From: Candidatus Velthaea sp.
GTDB taxonomy: Bacteria; Vulcanimicrobiota; Vulcanimicrobiia; Vulcanimicrobiales; Vulcanimicrobiaceae
Length of the DNA stretch: 38,238 nt
Reading direction: 5' to 3'
NCBI GenBank assembly: GCA_050012475.1
Contig: JBEKHC010000044.1
Coordinates: 1-38,238, forward strand
The notes under the pieces were generated by a model. It saw only the letters and a program-made list of their open reading frames with translations, did not search any database and was not told the DNA's origin. This document shows positions 9,599-18,523 of the stretch, in pieces; within the stretch, counting starts at the first letter, position 1; each line of letters opens with the position of its first letter. The position numbers were made by a program, and so were the translations under genes.

Positions 9599-9774
9599 AA
9601 TAGGGCGCGCCGCATGCAACGCTTGAGGCCCGCTTCGTGTTCTCTCGGCATCCCGAATCCACTGCCGGAGAATCCGCATGTTCCTTCTGATTTTGATGTT
9701 AATCGTTACCATGGCTGGGCTCGTAGCGATGGAACTTTGTCAAGCCGAGCGGCCGCGCGATTTTTCGGTGTGGA

Positions 9775-10428
9775 ATGACGACGTCGAACGGCGGTTGCTC
9801 CGAAGCATTCCCGGACCCTCTGGTCCGCGGTGACGTGGCGGTCGCCGTTTCGCCGCGGGCGTTTGTCGAAGCCGATCTCACGGCCGCGCTGGCGCGCGAC
9901 ATTGACACCGCGTTCGAGCCGTTCGTCATCGAATACCGGCAATGCATCGTGAAATTCGTTGCGCGCATGCTCGGTGACGCGGCGCGCGCCGAAGACGTCG
10001 CGCAAGACGTGTTCGTGCGCGCGTATGCGGCGCTGCGTTCGTATTCCGCCGAACGCCGCGCCGCATTGCGTTTGCGCTCGTGGGTGTATGCGATCGCCCA
10101 CAACCTCACGCGCAATGCGGTGCGCGATGCCCCACCGTACGCCGACTCGCTGGAATTCGACGACGGCAACGAACGCGGGGCCGCGACGATCGATCCGCAG
10201 CCGGGACCGGATGCGCTTGCGGTCCAGCATGAAACCTGGGAGCAGATCGCATCGGCGGTCGCGCGGCTGTCGCCGCGCATTCGGCCGGCGTATGTGATGC
10301 GCTATCTCGACGAGTTGTCGTATGAAGAGATCGCGCACGCCTTGCAGCAGCCCATCGGAACGGTGAAGGCGTCCGCTCACCGCGGGGCACTCGCCGTGCG
10401 GTCTTATCTGGAGCACGAGAATGTTTGA
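9775..10428 (+). CDS. ECF sigma-70 family RNA polymerase sigma factor
   Basis: Region 2 'AEDVAQDVFVRAY...SWVYAIAHN'; region 4 'LSYEEIAHALQQPIGTVKASAHRG'. Confidence 0.93.
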   Translation: MTTSNGGCSEAFPDPLVRGDVAVAVSPRAFVEADLTAALARDIDTAFEPFVIEYRQCIVKFVARMLGDAARAEDVAQDVFVRAYAALRSYSAERRAALRLRSWVYAIAHNLTRNAVRDAPPYADSLEFDDGNERGAATIDPQPGPDALAVQHETWEQIASAVARLSPRIRPAYVMRYLDELSYEEIAHALQQPIGTVKASAHRGALAVRSYLEHENV

Positions 10429-11179
10429 CCCGCAAGCGCCGCGTCAATTGGGCGCGGAGTTCACGACCGCCATCTTCCACCGGATCGGCGTCGACCGGTA
10501 CAGCATCGGCGAGTCGACTTTAGGCCCGGTCTATCTGGGTTGGAGCGCGCGCGGCGTCTCGGCAGTGCGTTTGGCGGGGTCGGCCGAAGCCGAAGCGATG
10601 TTTACGCGCTGGTACGAAGAACGGATGGGTCGCCGCATCGTTCGCGCGATCGAAACGGATGCCATCGCGCGCGCCGCTCAAGCCAAACTCCGCGATCCGT
10701 CGGCCGATGACGTTCCATTGGATCTCGAAGCCGCAACGCCGTTCGAACGTGCAGTGCTTGCCAACGTTGCGCAGATCCCCGCCGGATATGCCCGGCCGTA
10801 CGAATTGCTCGCGCGCGAACTCGACGAATCGTGTGCGGCCGAGTCGGTCGCTGCGGTCCTTGCGCACAACGCGGTGCCGCTGCTCGTCCCGTGTCATCGC
10901 GTGATTCCCGAAGACCGCTGCTGCAGCGCCGAATATGTTTTCGGCGCGCCCGCCCAGCAGCAGCTGCTCGCAACCGAAGGACTCGATCCGGCTGCGGTCG
11001 AGCGCGTGATCCAGCGCGGCTATCGGTACATCGAAAGCGACGGCTGGTTTTGCCTTCCGACGTGCGGCGACATCGCTTCGCGGCTCGACGAACCCGGTTA
11101 CGTCGGATTGCGTTCGCTCGCCGAAGCCCGAGCGCGCGGGTTGCGCGCATGCGAAAGCTGCCGGCCCGTCGCCGCATAG
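10421..11179 (+). CDS. MGMT (Ogt)-family protein with C-terminal Ada-type Zn domain
   Basis: Active-site motif VPCHRV; C-terminal FCLPTC...GLRACESCRP resembles the Ada metal-binding domain; overlaps the sigma gene by 8 nt. Confidence 0.85.
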   Translation: MFDPQAPRQLGAEFTTAIFHRIGVDRYSIGESTLGPVYLGWSARGVSAVRLAGSAEAEAMFTRWYEERMGRRIVRAIETDAIARAAQAKLRDPSADDVPLDLEAATPFERAVLANVAQIPAGYARPYELLARELDESCAAESVAAVLAHNAVPLLVPCHRVIPEDRCCSAEYVFGAPAQQQLLATEGLDPAAVERVIQRGYRYIESDGWFCLPTCGDIASRLDEPGYVGLRSLAEARARGLRACESCRPVAA

Positions 11180-11188
11180 GAAGGGGCG

Positions 11189-11884
11189 TTACGTTTGGGG
11201 TGCAGGGCGCGCTTCGCCCAGGTTGTCGAACGCCGGCGCAAAGCGGCCGACGGCGAACTGCACGTCGTCGCCGGCGGCGTCGAGATAGCCGCGCACGACA
11301 TACGTCCCCGTCGGGCGCAAACCCAGCGGCCGCGACAGCCGTAAGCTCCCGGTTGCGTCGGAGAGTTCGAACACGCCGACTTCGGCGCGCGGGATTCCGG
11401 CGATCGTCACCACGGTTCCACCGGCGGTTTTGCGGGCTTGCGCGATCGAGAGCGGCGGATCGAACGCGATCGGTGCGTCGATCGCCGTCGTGAGCGTCGT
11501 TCCGAGCAGAGCGACGTGGACGACGTACCGGCCCGGCGCGTACGCGCGCCGGTCGTCGGTGGTTCCGTCAACGATTTGGCTGGCCAGCTTGGTGAGGCCG
11601 GGTGCGACGTCGACGCGGCGAGCGATTTGCAGCGGCTTGTGTCCGGTCGCCGTCGACCAGATGGTTTCGTCGTCGTGCCGTACGTCGATGCGGTAGATGT
11701 CGGCCGTAGGAAAATCGAGCGCAACGATGTGCCCGGTGGCATTGCGCACCGCAATCGCGACGGTAAATGGCGCGAGCAGACCGCTCGCATCGCGCTTGAT
11801 CGCGATGTCGGCGGTGATGCCGAGGGGCAACGCCGGTACGGACGTCGCGGCGGCCAATGCCGCGACGAACTCAGCCCGGTTCAC
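11189..11884 (-). CDS. Secreted protein with BsuPI-like Ig-fold domain
   Basis: GTG 11884 gives 'MNRAEFVAALAAA' signal-like start; 'VRNATGHIVALDFPTADIYRIDVRHDDETIWS' resembles the intracellular proteinase inhibitor BsuPI domain. Confidence 0.6.
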   Translation of the reverse strand: MNRAEFVAALAAATSVPALPLGITADIAIKRDASGLLAPFTVAIAVRNATGHIVALDFPTADIYRIDVRHDDETIWSTATGHKPLQIARRVDVAPGLTKLASQIVDGTTDDRRAYAPGRYVVHVALLGTTLTTAIDAPIAFDPPLSIAQARKTAGGTVVTIAGIPRAEVGVFELSDATGSLRLSRPLGLRPTGTYVVRGYLDAAGDDVQFAVGRFAPAFDNLGEARPAPQT

Positions 11885-12551
11885 GCCGGCGCGCGCGCAC
11901 GTACGGGAAGGCCTTGGGTTGCACGAGCGTGACGGTTTTATGCGCGACGCGCAGCAGCCCAACGTCGACCAGAACGGCGAGCTCTTTGGTCAAGGTTTCG
12001 CGGCTGGTGCCGATGAGGTCGGCCAGATCCTTATGCGTGAGATTCATACCGATGCGCAGCGTTCCGTCGGGTTCTTCCACGCCGTGGCTGGATGCCAAGC
12101 GCCCGAGGACGTCGATGAGCCGCCCGCCGACGCTCTTGCCGGTGAGTTCGGTCAGTTCTTGCTCGGTCGCCGCAAGTTGCTGCGTGGCACCCCGAGCGAA
12201 CGCGCGTGCGACCTGCGCGTCGGCGCGCAGAAACGCCGCGAATTCATCGACGGCGACGCTGTCGACGATCGACGGTTCGATCGCCACCGCGCTGGTTTTG
12301 CGCGGCCGCTCGCCGCTGTTGGGAAGCCACGCGAGTTCTCCGAAGATGTCGCCCGCCGTTCGAATTCCAACGATGATTTCCGCACCCGCGGCGTTCGAGC
12401 GCACGATTTTGATCCGCCCGCTGCGCACGAAATAAACCCAGTCCGGCCGATCGCCCGGAGCGTAGGTCATGGCGTTGCGGGCGAGCTTGAGCGGCTTGGC
12501 GCCGGCGAGCAGGCGGGCACGCCGCTCGTCGTCGAGATCGGCGAGATTCAT
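11871..12551 (-). CDS. Crp/Fnr-family transcriptional regulator
   Basis: cNMP-binding domain (GDIFGEL...RKTSAVA) and HTH 'LTHKDLADLIGTSRETLTK'. Confidence 0.94.
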   Translation of the reverse strand: MNLADLDDERRARLLAGAKPLKLARNAMTYAPGDRPDWVYFVRSGRIKIVRSNAAGAEIIVGIRTAGDIFGELAWLPNSGERPRKTSAVAIEPSIVDSVAVDEFAAFLRADAQVARAFARGATQQLAATEQELTELTGKSVGGRLIDVLGRLASSHGVEEPDGTLRIGMNLTHKDLADLIGTSRETLTKELAVLVDVGLLRVAHKTVTLVQPKAFPYVRARRREPG

Positions 12552-14143
12552 CGGCCGTTGCGCAAGACGCGTCCGGGCAGGGCGCGCGTCACTTCGCCGT
12601 TGCGGATCACCGCGCGACCGTTCACGACCACGTGCCGAATCCCCGCTGCGGAGACGAAGGGGTTCTCGTAGGTCGCCCGATCGGCGATCGTATCGGCGTC
12701 GAAGACGACGAGGTCAGCGCAATTTCCCAGTGCAATCGAGCCGCGCCCGGCGAGCCCGAACTGCGCTGCGGGCAGTGATGTCATGCGGCGAATCGCTTCT
12801 TCGATCGTCAGCGTGTGCCGGCCGCGAACGAAGCGCCCGAAGACGCGCGGAAAGCAGCCGTAGGTGCGCGGATGCGGAACGCCCGGAGCGGTAACGCCTT
12901 CAAAAGCGCGCGCCGAGGCGTCGCTGCCGATCGAACAAAAATCGGCACTGAGCACCGTCGCCACGTCGTCTTCACTCATGCTGAAGAACGCGCATTGCAC
13001 GTTGAGTTCTTCCTCGACGAGCAGCCGGATCGTGCACTGCGCGGGCGAGACGCCCCAATGGCGCGCGAGCTCGTCGATGCGGTAACCCGCGGCGTTGCTG
13101 TTGCGTTCGGTTCCGGCGTCGGTGATGAGGATATCGTGCCAGGTGTCGCCGCCCAGCGCCGGATCCCGCTGAAGATTGAGCGCCAAAGCGACGGTCGCGG
13201 CGATTTCCGGCGTGCGCAACCGCTCGAGCGTGGCCGCTTCGCCGCCCCGGCGAATCGGATCGGGCAACAAGGTTGCAAGCTCGGTCCAGCTCGCAACATA
13301 CGGGTAAGCATCGATGCCGATCTGCGCTCCGCCGCGGCGCGCGCGTTCGAGCAAGTCCAGCGTACGGTGCACCCGGCCCCAATTGCGGCGGCCGGCCGCT
13401 TTGTGATGCGAACACTGCACGGCAACATCGGCGGCTGCACCGACGGCGAGCGCCTCTTCGACGGCTTCGATGACGCCCGAGCCCTCGTCGCGTAGATGTG
13501 TGACGTAGCGGGCAGCCCCGGCCCGGCGGGCGGCGATCGAGCAAGCGGTGAGTTCCGCTACATCGGCATAGCGAGACGGTTCGTAAACGAGTCCGCTGGA
13601 AATACCCAGAGCACCGTGCTCGATCGCTTCTCGAACGAGGTGCTCCTGCTCCGCCTGTTCCTCCGCGCCCAGCCGGCGATCGCTCGGCCCGCTGATGCAG
13701 GCACGAGTCGTGCCGAGTCCCGCCAGCGTGGCGACGTTGAGTGCAACGCCGTTGCGGTCGACGAGCGCGAAGAACTCATCGAGCGTTTGCCAGTCGACGT
13801 CGACCCGGTACTTGCGGGCGTCGCGCTGCTTGCGCTGCAACGCCGCGCCGCGGAGCGGAGCGACGGAGGAGCCGCAGTTTCCGCCGATCTCGGTGGTAAC
13901 GCCTTGCGTAATTTTCGACAAACAGTGCGGGTCAGCGAGCCAAAGTTCGTCAGAATGGGAATGAACGTCGATGAAACCGGGCGAGAGGGCGAGCCCATCG
14001 CACGCTACCCGTTCGAGCGCCTCGCGTTCGCTCAAATCTCCGATCAACACCACTCGGTCCGCGACGATCGCCAAATCGGTGACGTACGGCGCGTTCCCGA
14101 AGCCGTCGTAGATTCGCGCATGCTCGAAAATCGTCTGCAACAA
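12548..14143 (-). CDS. N-acyl-D-amino-acid deacylase (D-aminoacylase)
   Basis: PGFIDVHSHSD, GVTTEIGGNCG, HLRDEG, GSDA, PHPRTYGCFPR, MTSLPA motifs. Confidence 0.93.
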   Translation of the reverse strand: MLQTIFEHARIYDGFGNAPYVTDLAIVADRVVLIGDLSEREALERVACDGLALSPGFIDVHSHSDELWLADPHCLSKITQGVTTEIGGNCGSSVAPLRGAALQRKQRDARKYRVDVDWQTLDEFFALVDRNGVALNVATLAGLGTTRACISGPSDRRLGAEEQAEQEHLVREAIEHGALGISSGLVYEPSRYADVAELTACSIAARRAGAARYVTHLRDEGSGVIEAVEEALAVGAAADVAVQCSHHKAAGRRNWGRVHRTLDLLERARRGGAQIGIDAYPYVASWTELATLLPDPIRRGGEAATLERLRTPEIAATVALALNLQRDPALGGDTWHDILITDAGTERNSNAAGYRIDELARHWGVSPAQCTIRLLVEEELNVQCAFFSMSEDDVATVLSADFCSIGSDASARAFEGVTAPGVPHPRTYGCFPRVFGRFVRGRHTLTIEEAIRRMTSLPAAQFGLAGRGSIALGNCADLVVFDADTIADRATYENPFVSAAGIRHVVVNGRAVIRNGEVTRALPGRVLRNGR

Positions 14144-14148
14144 AAGGC

Positions 14149-14173
14149 GTTTAACCTAGACCCTGCCGGGAAA
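14149..14173 (+). promoter_or_regulatory. sigmaB/SigF-type general stress promoter
   Basis: GTTTAA-N13-GGGAAA, matching the sigmaB consensus GTTTAA-N12-14-GGGWAW, 47 nt upstream of the KGG genes. Confidence 0.7.
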
Positions 14174-14220
14174 CACGGGAGCAACGGAGCGAAAGCTCAA
14201 AGGGGGTTCACATCTAAACT

Positions 14221-14445
14221 ATGGCAACTACAGAAAACACGAACTCGGGCGGCATGAGCGTTCGCGAAGCGGGCAAGCGCGGAGGCGATCGCGTCAAGGC
14301 CAAATACGGCTCGGAGTTTTACGAGGCGATCGGCCGCAAAGGCGGCGAGGCCACCAAGACCAAATACGGTCCATCTTTCTATGAAGAGATCGGACAAAAA
14401 GGCGGTCAAAAAATGAAACGTACCGCGGTAGATCGCGCGAAATAA
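14221..14445 (+). CDS. KGG-repeat general stress protein (GsiB/Em-like)
   Basis: MSVREAGKRGG and FYEAIGRKGG repeats. Confidence 0.88.
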   Translation: MATTENTNSGGMSVREAGKRGGDRVKAKYGSEFYEAIGRKGGEATKTKYGPSFYEEIGQKGGQKMKRTAVDRAK

Positions 14446-14448
14446 GCG

Positions 14449-14802
14449 ATGGCGGAAACGACAAAACCAACCAAAGCGCCGAAGATTCCCAAGGTCGAGG
14501 GCGAGATGTCGGTACGCGAAGCGGGCAAGAAAGGTGGCGACACCGTTCGCGACCGCTACGGGTCCGGCTTCTACGAAACGATTGGGCGCAAGGGCGGCCA
14601 AGCAACGCGCGAACGGCACGGCGCCGAATTCTACGAATCGATCGGCCAAAAAGGCGGCCGCGTCGTGAAAGAAAAGTACGGCCCGGATTTTTACGAGCAG
14701 ATCGGACACAAAGGCGGCCAAAAGGTCAAGAAATTGATCGCAGACGCCAAAGCGACCGCTGCTGCGAAAGAAGCCGAAGCGAAAGATCCGGAAAAAGGCT
14801 AA
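14449..14802 (+). CDS. KGG-repeat general stress protein (GsiB/Em-like)
   Basis: MSVREAGKKGG plus three FYExIGxKGG repeats. Confidence 0.88.
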   Translation: MAETTKPTKAPKIPKVEGEMSVREAGKKGGDTVRDRYGSGFYETIGRKGGQATRERHGAEFYESIGQKGGRVVKEKYGPDFYEQIGHKGGQKVKKLIADAKATAAAKEAEAKDPEKG

Positions 14803-15335
14803 CGGCACGCGCCGCGGCGGATGAGCTTTCTCCACTCCAATTCCAACGTCCGCGCGTCGTTTGCGCCGTCAGCTTGCAGCGTCATGATGAGGCCGCTCGA
14901 TGTCGACCATACGATACCGTTCGGCCTTGTACCCCTGGAAAACGTGCGCGCGTCGGCGCAGCCGAGTTCGGGTTGGTCCAGCGGAGCGAAACGCGTAAGC
15001 GTGCCGCCGTTCGCCGGCCACTCCGCGAGCGCGTAGCGCCGCGCAGCGAGGTCTTCGTACTCGAGACCGAGCCCGCGATTCGCACGCGTGTCGTCGCCGT
15101 GAAACGGCGGGAGCAGCGCGACGCTCAAAATGCGCCGCGGCGGCATGAAGGGTACGAACGCGATGCCGTGCCGTGCTCCCGCGGCGTTGGTTACGACACC
15201 CATGCGCTCGATGATGCTCGTCGGGTGCGGTGCCGGGCTCGGGCCGCCGCCGTGCGGCGCGCCGGCAGCGCAAGCGCCGGCGGCCAGCAGTGCGCCGCCG
15301 ACGCCGGTTGCGAGCGCGTAGCGGGTGACGCTCAA
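14799..15335 (-). CDS. Secreted hypothetical protein
   Basis: Signal peptide and Pro-rich linker; co-directional with the lptC-like gene. Confidence 0.6.
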   Translation of the reverse strand: MSVTRYALATGVGGALLAAGACAAGAPHGGGPSPAPHPTSIIERMGVVTNAAGARHGIAFVPFMPPRRILSVALLPPFHGDDTRANRGLGLEYEDLAARRYALAEWPANGGTLTRFAPLDQPELGCADARTFSRGTRPNGIVWSTSSGLIMTLQADGANDARTLELEWRKLIRRGACR

Positions 15336-15357
15336 GCCGATGGCCCGACCCGGGCCA

Positions 15358-15897
15358 CTAATACGTCCCGACGAGCCGCCCGAAGCTCATGTCGCCCGAG
15401 CGGAAATTCACGGTCGCGGTCGCGACCGTCGCCTGGACGCCGTCGCTGCTGATCTTCGCCGGGTGGCTTAAAATGAGCGTCTGCAGCGCGCCCGAGTAGT
15501 TGGCGGCGTCGGAATACAGCCGCCGGCTGTGCAGGCCGTCGTCCTCGACGAGTTCGACCGGGCCGGTCACCACGAAGTCATTGGAAAGCGTGTTGATGAC
15601 GACTTGCTTGGCGACCATCTTCATGAACGGCTTACCGTTCTTGTAGATTTGGCCGTGCCGGACGTTGTACAGCGTGGCGATCGTCGTGTCGGAGCTGGCG
15701 ACGACGCGGTCGTAGTCAAGCGACCACGATGGTTTTCCATCGACCCGGCGTCCTTCAGCATGGCCGGCCGTCAATTTGGTTTCGGGCGCGCGGTTGGGCG
15801 GGGGAACATCACTGCCGGCTTGATAGATGCCGAACGCGACGAAGGCCAAAAACCCCAGGACTTCGAGCAGGATGCCCAGCCGGATGATACGTCTCAT
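15358..15897 (-). CDS. LptC-like LPS export periplasmic protein
   Basis: ATG 15897 overlaps the lnt stop. One N-terminal TM helix followed by a beta-jellyroll-like sequence ('GKPSWSL...'); Lpt gene context. Confidence 0.65.
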   Translation of the reverse strand: MRRIIRLGILLEVLGFLAFVAFGIYQAGSDVPPPNRAPETKLTAGHAEGRRVDGKPSWSLDYDRVVASSDTTIATLYNVRHGQIYKNGKPFMKMVAKQVVINTLSNDFVVTGPVELVEDDGLHSRRLYSDAANYSGALQTLILSHPAKISSDGVQATVATATVNFRSGDMSFGRLVGTY

Positions 15898-17402
15898 GGA
15901 CGGCGCCGAACGCCCGCGAGAACGAACGCTCCAAAGGCGACCGCGGCCAGCCCGGTGCCCACCGGCCACGGTCCGATGCGGCTGTAAACGGTCGGCTGCG
16001 GCTCGCCGATCGTGCCCGTCGCGACGGCTTGAGTTTCGAGCTTGGTATGCGTTTGCCACCGCCCGTCGGGCGCGACGATGCCGGAGATCCCGGTCGCGGC
16101 GGCGCGGACGATCCAGCGTCCGGTCTCGATCGCCCGCAGTTGGGCGATCTGAGCCTGCGCGTACGGTCCGTCCGAAACGCCGAACCACGCGTCGTCCGTA
16201 GCGACCGCGAAAAAGCCCGCGCCCGCGGCGGCCTGCGCTTGGGCGAGATCGGTGAACATCGCTTCCCAGCAAATCATTGGGGCGATCCGGAGCCGCGCGC
16301 CGATCGGCCCCGTCGTGCTGCCCGCTGCGAAGTTCGAGACCAGGCTGGCAAACGGCAAGCGCCGCAGCCAATCGGGTCCGGGCAAAAACTCCGCAAACGG
16401 GACGAGCTGACGTTTGCGATAGAGCTGCTCGGGACTGCCGTCCGGAGCGAAAAAGACCAGGTCGTTGTACGCGGCGCTGACGGTGGCCTCATTGGTGCCA
16501 ACGGCGATCACCGCCCCCAGGCTGCGGGCGAGCGCCCGGAACTGCGCCAGCAGCCGGGCGTCGGCGGCGACGAGCGGGGCATTTTGCGGAACCGCGGCGA
16601 GCGCGGGGTCGAGCAGCAGATCGGTGGTGATGACCGTCTCGGGCCACAGGACGAAGTCGGGCTTGAACGACCGCAGTTGCTCCGTCATCCCGGTGTACCG
16701 CTCGACCGCCCGCGGCAGCGAGGCGGCTTCCCACTTGACGGACTGGGTGATGTTTCCCTGGACCGCCGCGACGCGCAGCGCCGGGGGCGTCGCCCGGCGC
16801 GCGGGCCACGTCGTCCAGGCCCCCAGCGCGACGACGGCGATGAACAGCCCGATTGCGCCGGCGCGCAGGACCGCGCGGCGGCGGTCCGGCTCCACGGCCG
16901 CCGCGCCGAGCGCCGCGCCCATGAGCGCGACGGCGAACGTCAGTGCGTACACCCCGCCGACTGCCGCCAGGGGTGCCAGCGGCGTATCGACGAACGCCGC
17001 GCCGATTTGGTACAGGGGCACCCCGAGCAGCCCGCTCGAGCGCAGCAATTCGGTCAAGGTGAAGCCGGCAGCCGCGACTATCGCGACCCAGGCGCCGCTC
17101 AGCCGCTGGGCGGCCAACGACGTCAACGCAGCGGCGACGGCAAAAGCGAGCGCCTCGATCGCCGCCGGGGCGAGATCGAGCACGAAGCCGAACGGCCCGA
17201 GCAGCGCGCCGGCGGTCTCGCCGAACCAGCTGAAGCTCAGCGCGAAGAACACCACACCGGCGAGATAGCCGGCAGCCGCCGCCGCGCGCGGCGAAAGCCG
17301 CATCCAAAGCGCGAAGAGTCCGCCCAGCGCCGGTGGCGCGAGCCAAGCCATTCCGGCGCGCGGGAAAGCCAGGTGGAGCGCGAAAGCGCAGGGCAATGTC
17401 AC
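15894..17402 (-). CDS. lnt: Apolipoprotein N-acyltransferase
   Basis: Multi-TM N-terminus; nitrilase triad motifs WPET, YRKRQLVPFAE, ICWE; QGNI. Start uncertain. Confidence 0.93.
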   Translation of the reverse strand: MTLPCAFALHLAFPRAGMAWLAPPALGGLFALWMRLSPRAAAAAGYLAGVVFFALSFSWFGETAGALLGPFGFVLDLAPAAIEALAFAVAAALTSLAAQRLSGAWVAIVAAAGFTLTELLRSSGLLGVPLYQIGAAFVDTPLAPLAAVGGVYALTFAVALMGAALGAAAVEPDRRRAVLRAGAIGLFIAVVALGAWTTWPARRATPPALRVAAVQGNITQSVKWEAASLPRAVERYTGMTEQLRSFKPDFVLWPETVITTDLLLDPALAAVPQNAPLVAADARLLAQFRALARSLGAVIAVGTNEATVSAAYNDLVFFAPDGSPEQLYRKRQLVPFAEFLPGPDWLRRLPFASLVSNFAAGSTTGPIGARLRIAPMICWEAMFTDLAQAQAAAGAGFFAVATDDAWFGVSDGPYAQAQIAQLRAIETGRWIVRAAATGISGIVAPDGRWQTHTKLETQAVATGTIGEPQPTVYSRIGPWPVGTGLAAVAFGAFVLAGVRRRP

Positions 17403-17433
17403 CGCCGCGGTGCGGACGATGGACGAGGTGAAG

Positions 17434-18165
17434 ATGTTCCGTTGGCTCGGGGTAGCCGTAGTAGTCGTGGCGATGGTGGTGGTTGCCTGCGGACGTCAGG
17501 TGACGGGCCTGAACGCGCCCGGTGCGGGTTCGATCCAGTCCGGACACATGCTCATCCGATTCCGCGTCGCCGGTCCGCTGGACTTCACGAACGTCCAATA
17601 TCTCATGGTATTTAACACATCGGGAAACGGCGTGGAACCCTATCCGCAAGCCAACCTGACGGGCTATCTGAACTACAGCTTCGCGCTGGTGGTCGGCGGC
17701 AACCAATACACGAGCGAGCCGCTGTTGTTTCAATACTACTTGGCCCCCGGGACGACGTCGGGCATCCAGCTCTTCCGGATCACGATTCCGCCGCAGCTCA
17801 TCAACTACGTGCCCAACAGCGGCGGTAATCCGACCGGCGGCGGGGAGTTTACGATCGATTTCGACCGCTCGCTGCTTTACGGCGTCAATCCGGGCGGAAC
17901 GCCGGCGCCGGTGACCACGCTATCGCCGGTCGTGCAGCCCACGACGGCGGCGCAGCACGTCTGGGCGATCAACTTCATCACCACGGATCCTAGCGGCGTG
18001 CCGATCGATTCGATGGGTTTGGGCGGTGCGACCGATACGACGTTCTCGTATCGCATCGACACGACCACCTCGCAGGACAATACGATCACCAAGGCCGTCG
18101 GCAGCGGCAACGTCGGAAATGCATCAGCGGTCTTGCAGGGTTTCGAGGTGATTAACGCGCCGTAA
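17434..18165 (+). CDS. Lipoprotein of unknown function
   Basis: GAGGTG RBS, then MFRWLGVAVVVVAMVVVAC with a lipobox. Confidence 0.8.
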   Translation: MFRWLGVAVVVVAMVVVACGRQVTGLNAPGAGSIQSGHMLIRFRVAGPLDFTNVQYLMVFNTSGNGVEPYPQANLTGYLNYSFALVVGGNQYTSEPLLFQYYLAPGTTSGIQLFRITIPPQLINYVPNSGGNPTGGGEFTIDFDRSLLYGVNPGGTPAPVTTLSPVVQPTTAAQHVWAINFITTDPSGVPIDSMGLGGATDTTFSYRIDTTTSQDNTITKAVGSGNVGNASAVLQGFEVINAP

Positions 18166-18258
18166 CGTATCCCGCAAACAACCCTGCAGCGAACTCGAGC
18201 GCGCAATGCGCCTATCGACGCTGCAGCGTTCGTACGCGCAGGGGGGGAAGGGAAGCGC

Positions 18259-18429
18259 ATGAATCGACACACGCAGCCTTGCGAATACAAAGAATGTCAG
18301 TGCACGGTTACCGGCAACGTCGAGGGTGCGGCCTACTGCAGCACGGTTTGCCAACACCGTGACGGCACGGACGAGCAGATGACGGTCGGGTGCGAATGCG
18401 GGCACCCGCCCTGCGACGCCCCCGACTAA
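18259..18429 (+). CDS. Metallothionein-like Cys-rich small protein (56 aa)
   Basis: Not in ORF track. MNRHTQPCEYKECQCTVTGNVEGAAYCSTVCQHRDGTDEQMTVGCECGHPPCDAPD has 8 Cys and the CxC, YCSxxC and CxCGH..C pattern of bacterial metallothioneins; purine-rich RBS. Confidence 0.8.
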   Translation: MNRHTQPCEYKECQCTVTGNVEGAAYCSTVCQHRDGTDEQMTVGCECGHPPCDAPD

Positions 18430-18520
18430 CAGGATTCGCGGCGCTGAACGCGCCACGAATCCATGGCGTTTGGCGCTGCGCGCCAAGCCGCTCGCGGCGC
18501 TGAACGCGCCACGAATCCTG
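18430..18520 (+). repeat. Dispersed REP-like repeat, copy 2, plus an extra partial hairpin
   Basis: 61-bp unit at 18430-18490 followed by TCGCGGCGC-TGAAC-GCGCCACGAATCCTG; fills the gap between two convergent stop codons. Confidence 0.9.
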
Positions 18521-18523
18521 CCG

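Noticed and set aside
9281..9712. Minus-strand ORF starting MVTINIKIRR, and a GGAACT upstream of the ECF gene
   Set aside because: The ORF runs antisense into the GNAT gene and has no motif; GGAACT lacks a well-spaced ECF -10 element.
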